From Candidatus Omnitrophota bacterium (lineage in GTDB: Bacteria > Omnitrophota > Gorgyraeia > JAFGHF01), in contig JAZDHS010000034.1 in the NCBI GenBank assembly GCA_043805735.1, positions 1 to 49,126 of the forward strand: 49,126 nt of DNA. The letters run 5' to 3'. Position 1 is the stretch's first letter, and each line of letters begins with the position of its first letter. The notes beneath the pieces were generated by a model that had not been told where the DNA came from, ran no database searches, and saw only the letters and a program-made list of their open reading frames with translations. Shown here piece after piece: positions 20,099 to 28,155 of this stretch. The position numbers and the translations under genes were made by a program.

Positions 20099-20150
20099 GA
20101 CGATTTTTTCTTCATACCTCACCATGGTCGCTTCCATGCTGCCAGAGGTA
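20090..20150 (-). ncRNA. ZMP/ZTP (pfl) riboswitch-like aptamer
   Basis: Minus strand: P1 UACCUC/GAGGUA, CUGGC junction, P2 CAUGG/CCAUG, A-rich linker, P3 AUCGUCGGCCUGGGU; lies upstream of purH, the canonical context. Confidence 0.75.
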
Positions 20151-20174
20151 AATATTGCTCTTTTTAAGGCCTTT

Positions 20175-20203
20175 ATTATAGAACGGAATGCAGCAGAAAA
20201 CAA
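20175..20203 (-). promoter_or_regulatory. Sigma70 promoter of the purH/C1/acs operon
   Basis: TTGTTT-17-TATAAT. Confidence 0.7.
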
Positions 20204-20217
20204 GAAAAAAAATAAGT

Positions 20218-20703
20218 TCAAGTTTTTTTTCTACTTTTGAGTTTATAATCAATTTTCTTGAAGAAATTCATATAATCAACAATGAGCCGGCCGTTAATAT
20301 GGTCGATTTCATGCATGATCACCCGGGCCAAAAGCCCTTTGGCTTTAAGTTCTACTGTTTTGCCTTTTTCATCTAAACCCACGATAATGATTTCACTGGG
20401 GCGGGCGACGTCCACAACCGTGTTGGGAACGCTTAAGCAACCTTCGCCCATTACCTCTTTCGTTTTATTGGACTTAATAATCTTGGGGTTAGCGAGTTTC
20501 AGCGGCCCTTCCCCGATATCGACTACAATAATCTTGCGGTTAACTCCCACCTGCGGCGCGGCCAGCCCAATCCCCTGGGCGCCGTGCATCGTCGCGAGCA
20601 TATCTTCAAACAGGGCCAGTTCGGCCCCAAGAATCTCTTCTACCGCCGCACACTCCTGGCGCAAAACAAAATCGGGATATTGTTTAATCGGTAAAATTGC
20701 CAT
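20218..20703 (-). CDS. def: Peptide deformylase
   Basis: GIGLAAPQ, EGCLS, HEIDH; ATG at 20703 with GAGG RBS. Confidence 0.95.
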   Translation of the reverse strand: MAILPIKQYPDFVLRQECAAVEEILGAELALFEDMLATMHGAQGIGLAAPQVGVNRKIIVVDIGEGPLKLANPKIIKSNKTKEVMGEGCLSVPNTVVDVARPSEIIIVGLDEKGKTVELKAKGLLARVIMHEIDHINGRLIVDYMNFFKKIDYKLKSRKKT

Positions 20704-20729
20704 CGCTACCTCAGACAAGCAGTGTGCCG

Positions 20730-20891
20730 TTAGTCTTTTTTGCGGGCTTTTTCCTGGCACTGCGTATGAAAGTTACAGCGGGTGCAGCAGACATATTCCT
20801 CGTTACGCTCGCCGCGGTACCATTTGGTATCGCAGGTCCAATAAATCTGGCAGCGTTCGCAGCACTGCATTTCCTCTTTTTTTTCTTTCAT
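20730..20891 (-). CDS. 53-aa Cys-rich protein (2x CCxRCx5C), not in the ORF track
   Basis: MKEKKEEMQCCERCQIYWTCDTKWYRGERNEEYVCCTRCNFHTQCQEKARKKD; ATGA overlap with the suhB stop; fills the gap before def. Confidence 0.75.
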   Translation of the reverse strand: MKEKKEEMQCCERCQIYWTCDTKWYRGERNEEYVCCTRCNFHTQCQEKARKKD

Positions 20892-21670
20892 TGTTCGGCC
20901 CTCTTTATTATGTTGACCACTTGCTTATGCACAATGCCGTTGGAAGCAATATATTCGCGGGTAGCTAAAGTCCAGGGTTCACCCGCAAAATCTGTAGATT
21001 CACCACCAGCCTCTTCAACCAAAAGTAACCCGGCGGCAAAATCCCAGACCTTGTCGCTAAATTCAATTTCCATTTCGGCTCTCCCTGCGGCCACATAAGT
21101 TAAACTGCGGGCGGTAGAGCCAAACATGCGCACATTAAACACTTGCTCGGAAAGTTCGCCCAGGCTTTTGAGCATCCGCTCTTTATCTAAACGGATGCTG
21201 CTGTCATAGATCATCGTCGCTTCGCGCAAAGGCCGGCGGGAAACACGAATCCTCTTGCCGTTAGAGAAAGCCCCTTTTCCCTTTTGGGCCTGGTAAAGCT
21301 CGCGCGTAAAAGGCATATAGATTACCCCGGCCACTACTTTTTCCTCAAAGGCCAGGGCTAGAGAAATACCAAAGACATCAATTTGGTGGATGAAGTTATG
21401 CGTCCCGTCAATCGGATCAATAATCCAACGAAATCCCGAATGTGAAGGCAAATGCGGGCTCTCTTCGGATAAAATGCCGTCATTGGGGAAATGCTTTTTA
21501 ATTGCTTTAAGTATAAGCGATTCGGCCTTTTTATCAATATTAGTCACTAAATCGCGATCACCCTTGGCGCGGATACTCAGTTTTTTGCCGAAAGCCGCCA
21601 ACAGCATTTTTCCGACTTCTAAAGCCGCTTTGACCGCTAGCGCCTGTCTTTTGTCGATTTCTTTACTCAC
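20888..21670 (-). CDS. suhB: Inositol monophosphatase family protein
   Basis: DLVT..D, SEE, WIIDPIDGTHNF, WDFAAG; GTG start supplied by the repeat element. Confidence 0.9.
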   Translation of the reverse strand: MSKEIDKRQALAVKAALEVGKMLLAAFGKKLSIRAKGDRDLVTNIDKKAESLILKAIKKHFPNDGILSEESPHLPSHSGFRWIIDPIDGTHNFIHQIDVFGISLALAFEEKVVAGVIYMPFTRELYQAQKGKGAFSNGKRIRVSRRPLREATMIYDSSIRLDKERMLKSLGELSEQVFNVRMFGSTARSLTYVAAGRAEMEIEFSDKVWDFAAGLLLVEEAGGESTDFAGEPWTLATREYIASNGIVHKQVVNIIKRAEQ

Positions 21671-21791
21671 CCCGCCCTTCCTTTCCTGGCGTGGACATCA
21701 ATATTAAGCCTTGCTTATTATGTCGCGCAGATAACATCCTGCTCTTCCTTTTAGTTAGCCAATGCGATGCGGCTTTTTAGGAAGGGCGGGG
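21670..21791. mobile_element. MITE-like element, copy 2 (122 bp)
   Basis: Same 13-bp TIRs as copy 1, flanked by direct repeat CTCA (21666-69, 21792-95). Confidence 0.85.
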
Positions 21792-21798
21792 CTCATCT

Positions 21799-22464
21799 TT
21801 AATTATTGCTTTCTCGCGGGCCGAAAATCTTACTGCCGATGCGCACAATGTTGGCGCCTTCTTCGATCGCCACGCGGTAGGAATCGCTCATCCCCATTGA
21901 AAGAAAACGCATCTCGACGTTGGTTAGGCCCTGTCTTTTTAGAGCATCAAACAATTTTTTCGTCTCACGGAAATAGGGTCGGTATTGCTCGGGGGTGGCG
22001 CTGAGTGGGCCCATGGTCATCAACCCCATCACTTTAATATGCTTAAGCAAGGCAATGGCCTTAATTAAGCCTTCGGCCTCCTGTGGCGTAACTCCGCCTT
22101 TTTGTACTTCACCGGCGCAATTAATCTCAATAAGTGCGGGCATAACCTTATTTTGAGCGCCCGCCGCTTTTTCCAATTCCTCGGCCAGCGCCAGTGAATC
22201 AAGAGTTTCAATCAAATCAAAAATTTTGACGGCCTTCTTGGCCTTATTTTTCTGCAGCCGCCCGATAAAGTGCCACTTTACTTTCGCGCCGATTAGGCCA
22301 TGTGCCAGCTCGGCTTCCTGCACGTAGTTCTCACCGACAATGAGTATCCCGGCGGAAATCGCCTGTTCAATCTCGGCTACGCTGCGGGACTTAGCCGCAG
22401 CCACTAATTGCACCTCTCTAGGCAACTCCTGCAACAACTGGCGGACGTTTTCGGCAATCATCAA
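21799..22464 (-). CDS. yggS: PLP homeostasis protein
   Basis: GENYVQE, WHFIGRLQKNK, GLMTM, LSMGMSDSY, VRIGS. Confidence 0.95.
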   Translation of the reverse strand: MMIAENVRQLLQELPREVQLVAAAKSRSVAEIEQAISAGILIVGENYVQEAELAHGLIGAKVKWHFIGRLQKNKAKKAVKIFDLIETLDSLALAEELEKAAGAQNKVMPALIEINCAGEVQKGGVTPQEAEGLIKAIALLKHIKVMGLMTMGPLSATPEQYRPYFRETKKLFDALKRQGLTNVEMRFLSMGMSDSYRVAIEEGANIVRIGSKIFGPRESNN

Positions 22465-23129
22465 GGTAACAAATTGACAGTAACGGCCATAACCAACATA
22501 CTAATCCCTAAGTAAAGCAACATTATCCCGCAAAAACGCTGAAAAATTATAGAAAGCATCGGCTTTCTTTCTAAAAGCTTAGGCAAGCCACCGGCTAAAG
22601 AACCGGCTAAAAGTATCGGCGACAGAAGCGTTCCTAAAGCAAACGCTAAACCTAATAATGCCCCATGCAACAAATTCTGGGCATGAAAACCAATGTAGGC
22701 CAGCACTCCCAATAAAGGCAGGCAGGGCGCCGCTCCCAACACCAAGCCCAGCACCAACGCCTCCTGCAGGGTGCTTTTTACGCCTGGTTTCTGGAATGGT
22801 TTACAAAAATGTAAGGGCAGCGACTTACCACTGACAACCAAAATGCCCAAAAGAACAATAAACGCGCCGCTAACGTATTGGATGATCAGCGCGGCATTAG
22901 TCTGATAGAAGCGCGCCACGATATACTGGCCAATACCGGCGCTGACTATGCTCAAGATAATATAGGGCACAATCCGCCCCAGCGAAAAAGCCAGGCTTAA
23001 TTTCAGGCCGCCCCTCCACCCCTTTTGCGTGCCGGCAATAAAGGGCAGCACAATCGGCGCGCAAAATGCAAGACATGGCCCCCAGCTTAAAGCGACTCCA
23101 GTGAGAAAAAGGTCGATATATATTTTCAA
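22461..23129 (-). CDS. DsbD_2/TauE-like membrane protein
   Basis: About 6 TM helices with GPCLAFC and APCLP Cys motifs. Confidence 0.75.
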   Translation of the reverse strand: MKIYIDLFLTGVALSWGPCLAFCAPIVLPFIAGTQKGWRGGLKLSLAFSLGRIVPYIILSIVSAGIGQYIVARFYQTNAALIIQYVSGAFIVLLGILVVSGKSLPLHFCKPFQKPGVKSTLQEALVLGLVLGAAPCLPLLGVLAYIGFHAQNLLHGALLGLAFALGTLLSPILLAGSLAGGLPKLLERKPMLSIIFQRFCGIMLLYLGISMLVMAVTVNLLP

Positions 23130-23130
23130 A

Positions 23131-23355
23131 TTAGACGGCGATAACTTTTTTTACCTGCGGCACATTGGCTTTAATCACGCCTTCGACTACCTGGGTCAGT
23201 GTCATTTGCGCCGAAGGGCAACCGGCGCAACCACCGATTAATCTTACCTTCACCGTACCGTCCGCACTAACGTCGATCAGTTCAACGCCCCCACCGTGCA
23301 TGGAAAGCATCGGCCGAACCTGCTCATTTAAGATTTTTTCTACTGCTTCGCGCAT
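23131..23355 (-). CDS. Stand-alone NifU/NfuA C-terminal domain protein
   Basis: VRPML.MHGGGVEL...LIGGCAGCPSA; ATG at 23355 with RBS. Confidence 0.9.
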   Translation of the reverse strand: MREAVEKILNEQVRPMLSMHGGGVELIDVSADGTVKVRLIGGCAGCPSAQMTLTQVVEGVIKANVPQVKKVIAV

Positions 23356-23452
23356 CCTTCTTGCTCCTCTTTTGAGTATAACCACGGTTAACACAATGTT
23401 AACCAAAATACCTATCTGCAAGCAGATCTGAGAGTTAAAAGTAAGGGAATTT

Positions 23453-23481
23453 ATTATAATATAACCAGGGGGGCAAGTCAA
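23453..23481 (-). promoter_or_regulatory. Sigma70 promoter of the nfu-to-def operon
   Basis: TTGACT-17-TATAAT. Confidence 0.75.
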
Positions 23482-23518
23482 GAAAGACCGTGAGATTTTC
23501 TAGGAAAGGAATTTAGCT

Positions 23519-24226
23519 CTATAGGCCCAAAAACTGGATCGCGACACCACAAAGGAAGATGGTCGCTCCGGCCAAGGCATGCGCATAACGCTCCAAGCGC
23601 CCTAAGGGCAGCATATTGACACCTAAAGATGTGACCATCACGATTCCCATCATGGTGAGAATGGTCGTAGCACCGAAAATGACGGTTACTCCGACTAAGC
23701 CCTCAAGGCTTTGTTTAGCTGCGGGATACATTAATATCGGGATTAAGGGCTCGCAGGGACCCAACACGAAAATCGTAAACAGTATCCAGGGTGTAATATT
23801 GGCTTTTTCGCCGTGGATATGGGCATGTTCTTCGCTATGGGTATGCTTATGGGCATGCTTAGACCAGTCCATATGGGCATGTAGGTGAGTATGCGGCTTA
23901 TTCTTGATTGCTTGTCTTAATCCCCAAATGAAGTAGGCTAAACCGAAACCGAGAAAGGCCCATCCGGCCAAATTGCCGCGGAAGGACTCAAAGGCCTCCA
24001 GCTTCATTACCGCAATTCCCATGATCACGCCTACTGTCCCTAAAACTACCGAACTGAAAATGTGCCCCAACCCGCAAAGAAAGGTGACTAAAGCCGTTTT
24101 GGCCTTCGACCAACTCCTCACCCGGCTCATCACGATAAACGGAAGATAGTGGTCCGGACCAAATATAGTATGAAAGAAGCCAATTGAGGCGGCAGTAATG
24201 TATAAAGCAAAAAGATCATTCTGCAT
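23519..24226 (-). CDS. His-rich Ni/Co transporter (UreH/RcnA-like, NiCoT superfamily)
   Basis: HTIFGPDH, His-rich loop HTHLHAH...HAHKHTH...HAHIH, GPCEP. Confidence 0.8.
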   Translation of the reverse strand: MQNDLFALYITAASIGFFHTIFGPDHYLPFIVMSRVRSWSKAKTALVTFLCGLGHIFSSVVLGTVGVIMGIAVMKLEAFESFRGNLAGWAFLGFGLAYFIWGLRQAIKNKPHTHLHAHMDWSKHAHKHTHSEEHAHIHGEKANITPWILFTIFVLGPCEPLIPILMYPAAKQSLEGLVGVTVIFGATTILTMMGIVMVTSLGVNMLPLGRLERYAHALAGATIFLCGVAIQFLGL

Positions 24227-24623
24227 TTCGCACCTCTTCTTTCTGCAGTGCTACTATTATACAAAAATTATGGATGGCTGTGATAGCATTTTTTTTACAA
24301 TATTCCAACACCGGTTCGCTTTCCGCCCCCGGCTGAAACCAGACTCTGTTTATCCCCTTTTCTTTACATTCGCGCACCAGTTTTTCACTCACTTCCGCAG
24401 GAGTGACCAGGCTCGCGGCATCACAAGTCTCGGGGATATCTTTAATACTCGGATAACACCGCAAGCCCGCTACTTCTTTCAGCCGCGGGTGCACCGGATA
24501 GACAAGGCTCCCTCTTTGGACCAGCAGCTGCAAAATTTGATAGGCGTATTTTGTCTCATTGGCAAAAGAGCCGGCCACGGCAAAGCGTTTTTGTTGCAAA
24601 AAGTCTTGAATAATATTTTTCAT
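24216..24623 (-). CDS. CoA-binding domain protein (YccU-like)
   Basis: FAVAGS, YPVHP, CYPSI.DIP, VWFQPGAES. Confidence 0.88.
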   Translation of the reverse strand: MKNIIQDFLQQKRFAVAGSFANETKYAYQILQLLVQRGSLVYPVHPRLKEVAGLRCYPSIKDIPETCDAASLVTPAEVSEKLVRECKEKGINRVWFQPGAESEPVLEYCKKNAITAIHNFCIIVALQKEEVRNAE

Positions 24624-24635
24624 AGCCTGTTCCGA

Positions 24636-25622
24636 TCAACAAATCCGCGGAAGCTGGTCGTCTTCTAATAGCGGCAAAATCCGCTCGGTGCCGATTTTAG
24701 TTTTTAGAGATACCGGCGCCCCTCGCCTGGGAACAACCTCACCGATGATGCGCGCTGCTTTTCCCAACGCCCGGCGCACTTTGCCGGCATCCTTTTCCGG
24801 GACAAAGGCAATAAATTTTCCTTCGTTAGCGACATAAAGCGGATCAAAGCCGAGAATATCGCACAGCTTGGCTACCGCCGGTTTAATCGGTATCGCCTGC
24901 TCATCGAGTATAATACTCACCCTGGAGGCTTGGGCAATCTCATTAACTATGGTCGCTAACCCGCCTCGCGTTAAATCACGCATCACGCTGATCCGCGGCG
25001 AAGCCGCAAGGCACTTCTGCGCCTCAGAATTAAGGCTACGGCAGTCGCTTTTGATATTTGCGCTGAACTTTAAGTTTTCCCGGGCATTTAAAATCGCCAT
25101 CCCGTGCTCGGCAATTCCGCCATTGATGATAATTACCTCCCCCGGCCTCACCTTTGCTCCGATCCGCCCGGGATATTTTATCAGCCCTATTCCGGCGGTA
25201 TTGATAAATAACTTATCTACGGCGCCGCGCTCCACCACTTTCACATCTCCGGTCACTATCGTCACTTTTGCCCCAGCCGCCTCTTTTTTAATCGAAAGCG
25301 CAATTTTTTCTAACTCGGCAAAAGAAAAACCTTCCTCAATCACCAATGCCAGCGAGAGGAAAAGCGGCACCGCCCCTTTCATCGAGAGGTCATTAACCGT
25401 GCCGCAGACGGCGAGTTTTCCGATGTCACCGCCGGGAAAAAACAGGGGCTTAACGACGTAGGAATCGGTAGTAAAGGCCAGGCGCGTCTTTGCGATTTGC
25501 AGTTCCGCGGCATCGCACATTTCATCAAGAATTTTGTTGGAAAAATGCCGGCGTAAACTTTCAATCAGTTCGTGCATTAAACGGCCGCCATTTCCATGCG
25601 CCAGCGTAATTACTTTATCCAT
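24636..25622 (-). CDS. hypE: Hydrogenase maturation protein HypE
   Basis: LAHGNGG, TTDSYVV..FFPGGDIGKLAVCGTVND, ANEG, C-terminal PRIC. Confidence 0.96.
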   Translation of the reverse strand: MDKVITLAHGNGGRLMHELIESLRRHFSNKILDEMCDAAELQIAKTRLAFTTDSYVVKPLFFPGGDIGKLAVCGTVNDLSMKGAVPLFLSLALVIEEGFSFAELEKIALSIKKEAAGAKVTIVTGDVKVVERGAVDKLFINTAGIGLIKYPGRIGAKVRPGEVIIINGGIAEHGMAILNARENLKFSANIKSDCRSLNSEAQKCLAASPRISVMRDLTRGGLATIVNEIAQASRVSIILDEQAIPIKPAVAKLCDILGFDPLYVANEGKFIAFVPEKDAGKVRRALGKAARIIGEVVPRRGAPVSLKTKIGTERILPLLEDDQLPRIC

Positions 25623-26636
25623 TTAGCGTCCCTCACCATATTTATAAAAAGCGGCGCAGCTTCCTTCTGAGGAAACCATACAGGGACCGATCGGCGTCTG
25701 TGGAGTGCACTTTTTGGCAAATAGCCTGCAGGCATTAGGAGATTTTATTCCCTGCAGCACTTCGGCACAGACACATCCTTGCGGGTCTTTAACTCTGGTC
25801 ACCTGAACGGGAAATTTTTTTTCCGCATTAAATTGCTCTAAGTCCTTTTTCATTCTCAGGCCGCTTTTTCTAATTATTCCCAAGCCGCGCCAGCGGGCGT
25901 CATTTATCGTAAACACGGCATCAATAATACGCCGGGCTTTGGCGTTTCCCTTTTTGGTCACTGCCCGGGAGTATTCTATATCGACCTTAAAGCTTCGCCG
26001 CTTGATATTATCGATCAATCTCTTAATTCCTTTAAGCAGGTCACCTTCGTCGAAACCGGTAATCACGCAGGGTATTTTATAGCGTCGGGCAATTGACTCA
26101 TAAGGCGCGCTGCCGGTAATTACGCTCACATGCCCCGGACAAATAAAACCGTTAACCCGCACTTTTTTTGATTGCGCCAAGGCGCTAAGGGCGGGAAAAA
26201 TAACTTTGAAGTAAGAGAGCACGGAAAAATTACTCAGGCCTTCTTTTTTGGCCTGCAAGATAGTCAGGGCTACGGTTGGTGCAGTAGTTTCAAAGCCTAC
26301 GCCTAAAAAGACAACCTGCTTAGCCGGATTTTGGCGGGCGATTTCCAAGGCATCGAGGCAAGAATAGAGTACGCGTACGTCCGCGCCGGCCCTTTTTGCC
26401 GCTTCTAAGCTCCCCTGGCTGCCCGGAACGCGCAGCATATCACCGAAGGTAGTCATAATCACGTCTTTTTGGCGCGCGATCGCTATCGCCCGGTCAATAT
26501 CTTCTTGCGCGGTAACACAGACGGGGCACCCCGGCCCGGAAATCAGTTCAATATTTTCAGGCAAAAGTTTCTTTATTCCCGCCTTGGCGATGGCCATCGT
26601 GTGCGTGCCGCAAACCTCCATCAATTTAATTTTCAT
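25623..26636 (-). CDS. hypD: Hydrogenase maturation protein HypD
   Basis: MEVCGTHT, GPGCPVC, GFETT, PGHVS, GPCMVSSEGSC. Confidence 0.96.
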   Translation of the reverse strand: MKIKLMEVCGTHTMAIAKAGIKKLLPENIELISGPGCPVCVTAQEDIDRAIAIARQKDVIMTTFGDMLRVPGSQGSLEAAKRAGADVRVLYSCLDALEIARQNPAKQVVFLGVGFETTAPTVALTILQAKKEGLSNFSVLSYFKVIFPALSALAQSKKVRVNGFICPGHVSVITGSAPYESIARRYKIPCVITGFDEGDLLKGIKRLIDNIKRRSFKVDIEYSRAVTKKGNAKARRIIDAVFTINDARWRGLGIIRKSGLRMKKDLEQFNAEKKFPVQVTRVKDPQGCVCAEVLQGIKSPNACRLFAKKCTPQTPIGPCMVSSEGSCAAFYKYGEGR

Positions 26637-26856
26637 CACGGCAAACCTCTTTAAGCTCGGCCAGCAGTTTTAAAGTATCTTCGGCCTCTTCTTTTCCCAG
26701 CTTACCGATGGCAAAGCCGGCATGCACCAGGACATAGTCGCCTGGTTTTACCCCCTCGATAATCCCCAGCGATATCTCTTTGGTCACACCGCCGAAATCG
26801 ACAATGGCGCTCTCTTTTCTGATCTCTTTAATTTTTGCCGGAACAGCCAGACACAT
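26626..26856 (-). CDS. hypC: Hydrogenase chaperone HypC
   Basis: MCLAVP, GDYVLVHAGFAI. Confidence 0.96.
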   Translation of the reverse strand: MCLAVPAKIKEIRKESAIVDFGGVTKEISLGIIEGVKPGDYVLVHAGFAIGKLGKEEAEDTLKLLAELKEVCRDEN

Positions 26857-27910
26857 AGTATTGCCCCAAGGCGATATTTAAATCGTTCGCCGCTTCTTTT
26901 TCATTGCTGAAAACGCGAAATCCCGCTTTTGCCAAAATGCCAAGCAGCCTATTTTTCAAAAAACTGTTCTGAAATACCCCACCGCTAAGCGCCACAACGC
27001 TGGCGCCACTTTCTTTACGCATTACCCTGGCTAAAGACAGAACGCTTTCGGTGAGCGTATTGTGAAATTTAGTAGCGATCAGGCGCAGGTTCTTCTTTTT
27101 TTGCCGATCCTTAAGCATCTCTATAAATACTGGTTCCGTATCCACGATCAGGCTGCCTTTTTCTTTAATCAGCGCAAACTCATAGCTTTCGCCGATGCCA
27201 GCATCGCAAAGTAATTCCAGCTTCCTTGGCCCCTCGGCTTCATAAGACGCATAAACACACAGGCCCAAAAGCGCGGCCACGGCGTCGAAGAGCCGGCCAA
27301 CGCTCGAACTTTCCGGCGAATTGATATTTTTGGCGAGCATCTGTGCTACCAGGTACCAGTTTTGCGGCTTTACTTCCGGCATTGCCGCCAAGGCCCGTTC
27401 GCCCAAAATACTTAACACCATTCTCCAGGGCTCAGTCGTAACCTTATCACCGCCGGGCATTTTCCAATACTTAAAATGGCCCCGGCGTTCATAACCGGCC
27501 TTGCTGACCAAAAGAAATTCCCCGCCCCAGGATTTACCGTCGGCGCCATAGCCTGTCCCATCAAAGGCTACACCGATTACCGGCTGTGTTATTTTATGCT
27601 CATGAATGACGCTGGCAATATGGGCGTGGTGGTGTTGAATAGGTAGTAGGTTGTAGGTAGTCCCCTTACGGGGAGGCTTCGCACTAGGTGAGAGTCCTTT
27701 GGCAAAAAGCGAAGAAAAATAATGCGGGTGCAGGTCATAGGCGATAATATCGGGCCTAGTTTTTTTTATCGCCGTTTCCACAGTTTTCCTAAATAAAGCG
27801 TAATTTTTGGCCTGGCTTAAATCGCCAATCTCCGGGCCAAAGGTAATCTTCTTACCATTGCCAATGAGGATACGGTTTTTAATATCTGCGCCTAAGGCAA
27901 TAATCTTCAT
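26828..27910 (-). CDS. hypF: Truncated HypF (Kae1-like carbamoyltransferase domain only)
   Basis: DLHP.Y, QHHHAH, DGTGYG.DG..WGGE, SSVGRLFD, LSGGVFQN; lacks the acylphosphatase, Zn-finger and YrdC domains. Confidence 0.88.
   Translation of the reverse strand: MKIIALGADIKNRILIGNGKKITFGPEIGDLSQAKNYALFRKTVETAIKKTRPDIIAYDLHPHYFSSLFAKGLSPSAKPPRKGTTYNLLPIQHHHAHIASVIHEHKITQPVIGVAFDGTGYGADGKSWGGEFLLVSKAGYERRGHFKYWKMPGGDKVTTEPWRMVLSILGERALAAMPEVKPQNWYLVAQMLAKNINSPESSSVGRLFDAVAALLGLCVYASYEAEGPRKLELLCDAGIGESYEFALIKEKGSLIVDTEPVFIEMLKDRQKKKNLRLIATKFHNTLTESVLSLARVMRKESGASVVALSGGVFQNSFLKNRLLGILAKAGFRVFSNEKEAANDLNIALGQYYVSGCSGKN
27640..27691. repeat. In-frame heptamer repeats plus mini-hairpin inside hypF
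   Basis: taggtag-taggttg-taggtag-[tcccc ttac gggga ggcttcgcac]-taggtga; encodes SPSAKPPRKGTTYNLLP. Confidence 0.65.
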
Positions 27911-28155
27911 TTTTCTTCGATATCAAACGAGAGGACTTCGATGCGGCAGCCGGGAAAGGAGGTAAACTCTAATTGGGCATGTTCTAAGGCAGTGCCTTTA
28001 GCTAAGAGCTTAAAGGTTTCACGGAAAGACTCTTCTTTTACACCGGTCAGCGTTCCGACCTTTAGCCGCACTTTCGAGACCGCGCGGCCTCCCTCTTTAC
28101 GGGCGTGCTCAGCGATGCCTTTAATAATCGGCTCAATTAAATGTGTTTCATGCAT
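27907..28155 (-). CDS. hypA: Short HypA lacking the Zn-finger domain
   Basis: MHE Ni motif, V.LKVG.LTGV..ESFR..F..L.KGT; no CxxC pairs. Confidence 0.85.
   Translation of the reverse strand: MHETHLIEPIIKGIAEHARKEGGRAVSKVRLKVGTLTGVKEESFRETFKLLAKGTALEHAQLEFTSFPGCRIEVLSFDIEEK

Noticed and set aside
20282-21098. Plus-strand ORFs of 228 and 133 aa
   Set aside because: Antisense shadows of def, the Cys-rich ORF and suhB, with no motifs
23356-23481. N-terminal extension of the NifU-domain ORF
   Set aside because: It starts inside the -35 box; the ATG at 23355 has an RBS
23819-23882. Repeated TGGGCATG units
   Set aside because: Explained by His-Ala-His codons in the transporter loop
24868-25461. 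197-aa plus-strand ORF and similar antisense ORFs across the window
   Set aside because: Antisense shadows of well-supported genes such as hypE, fhs and cooS
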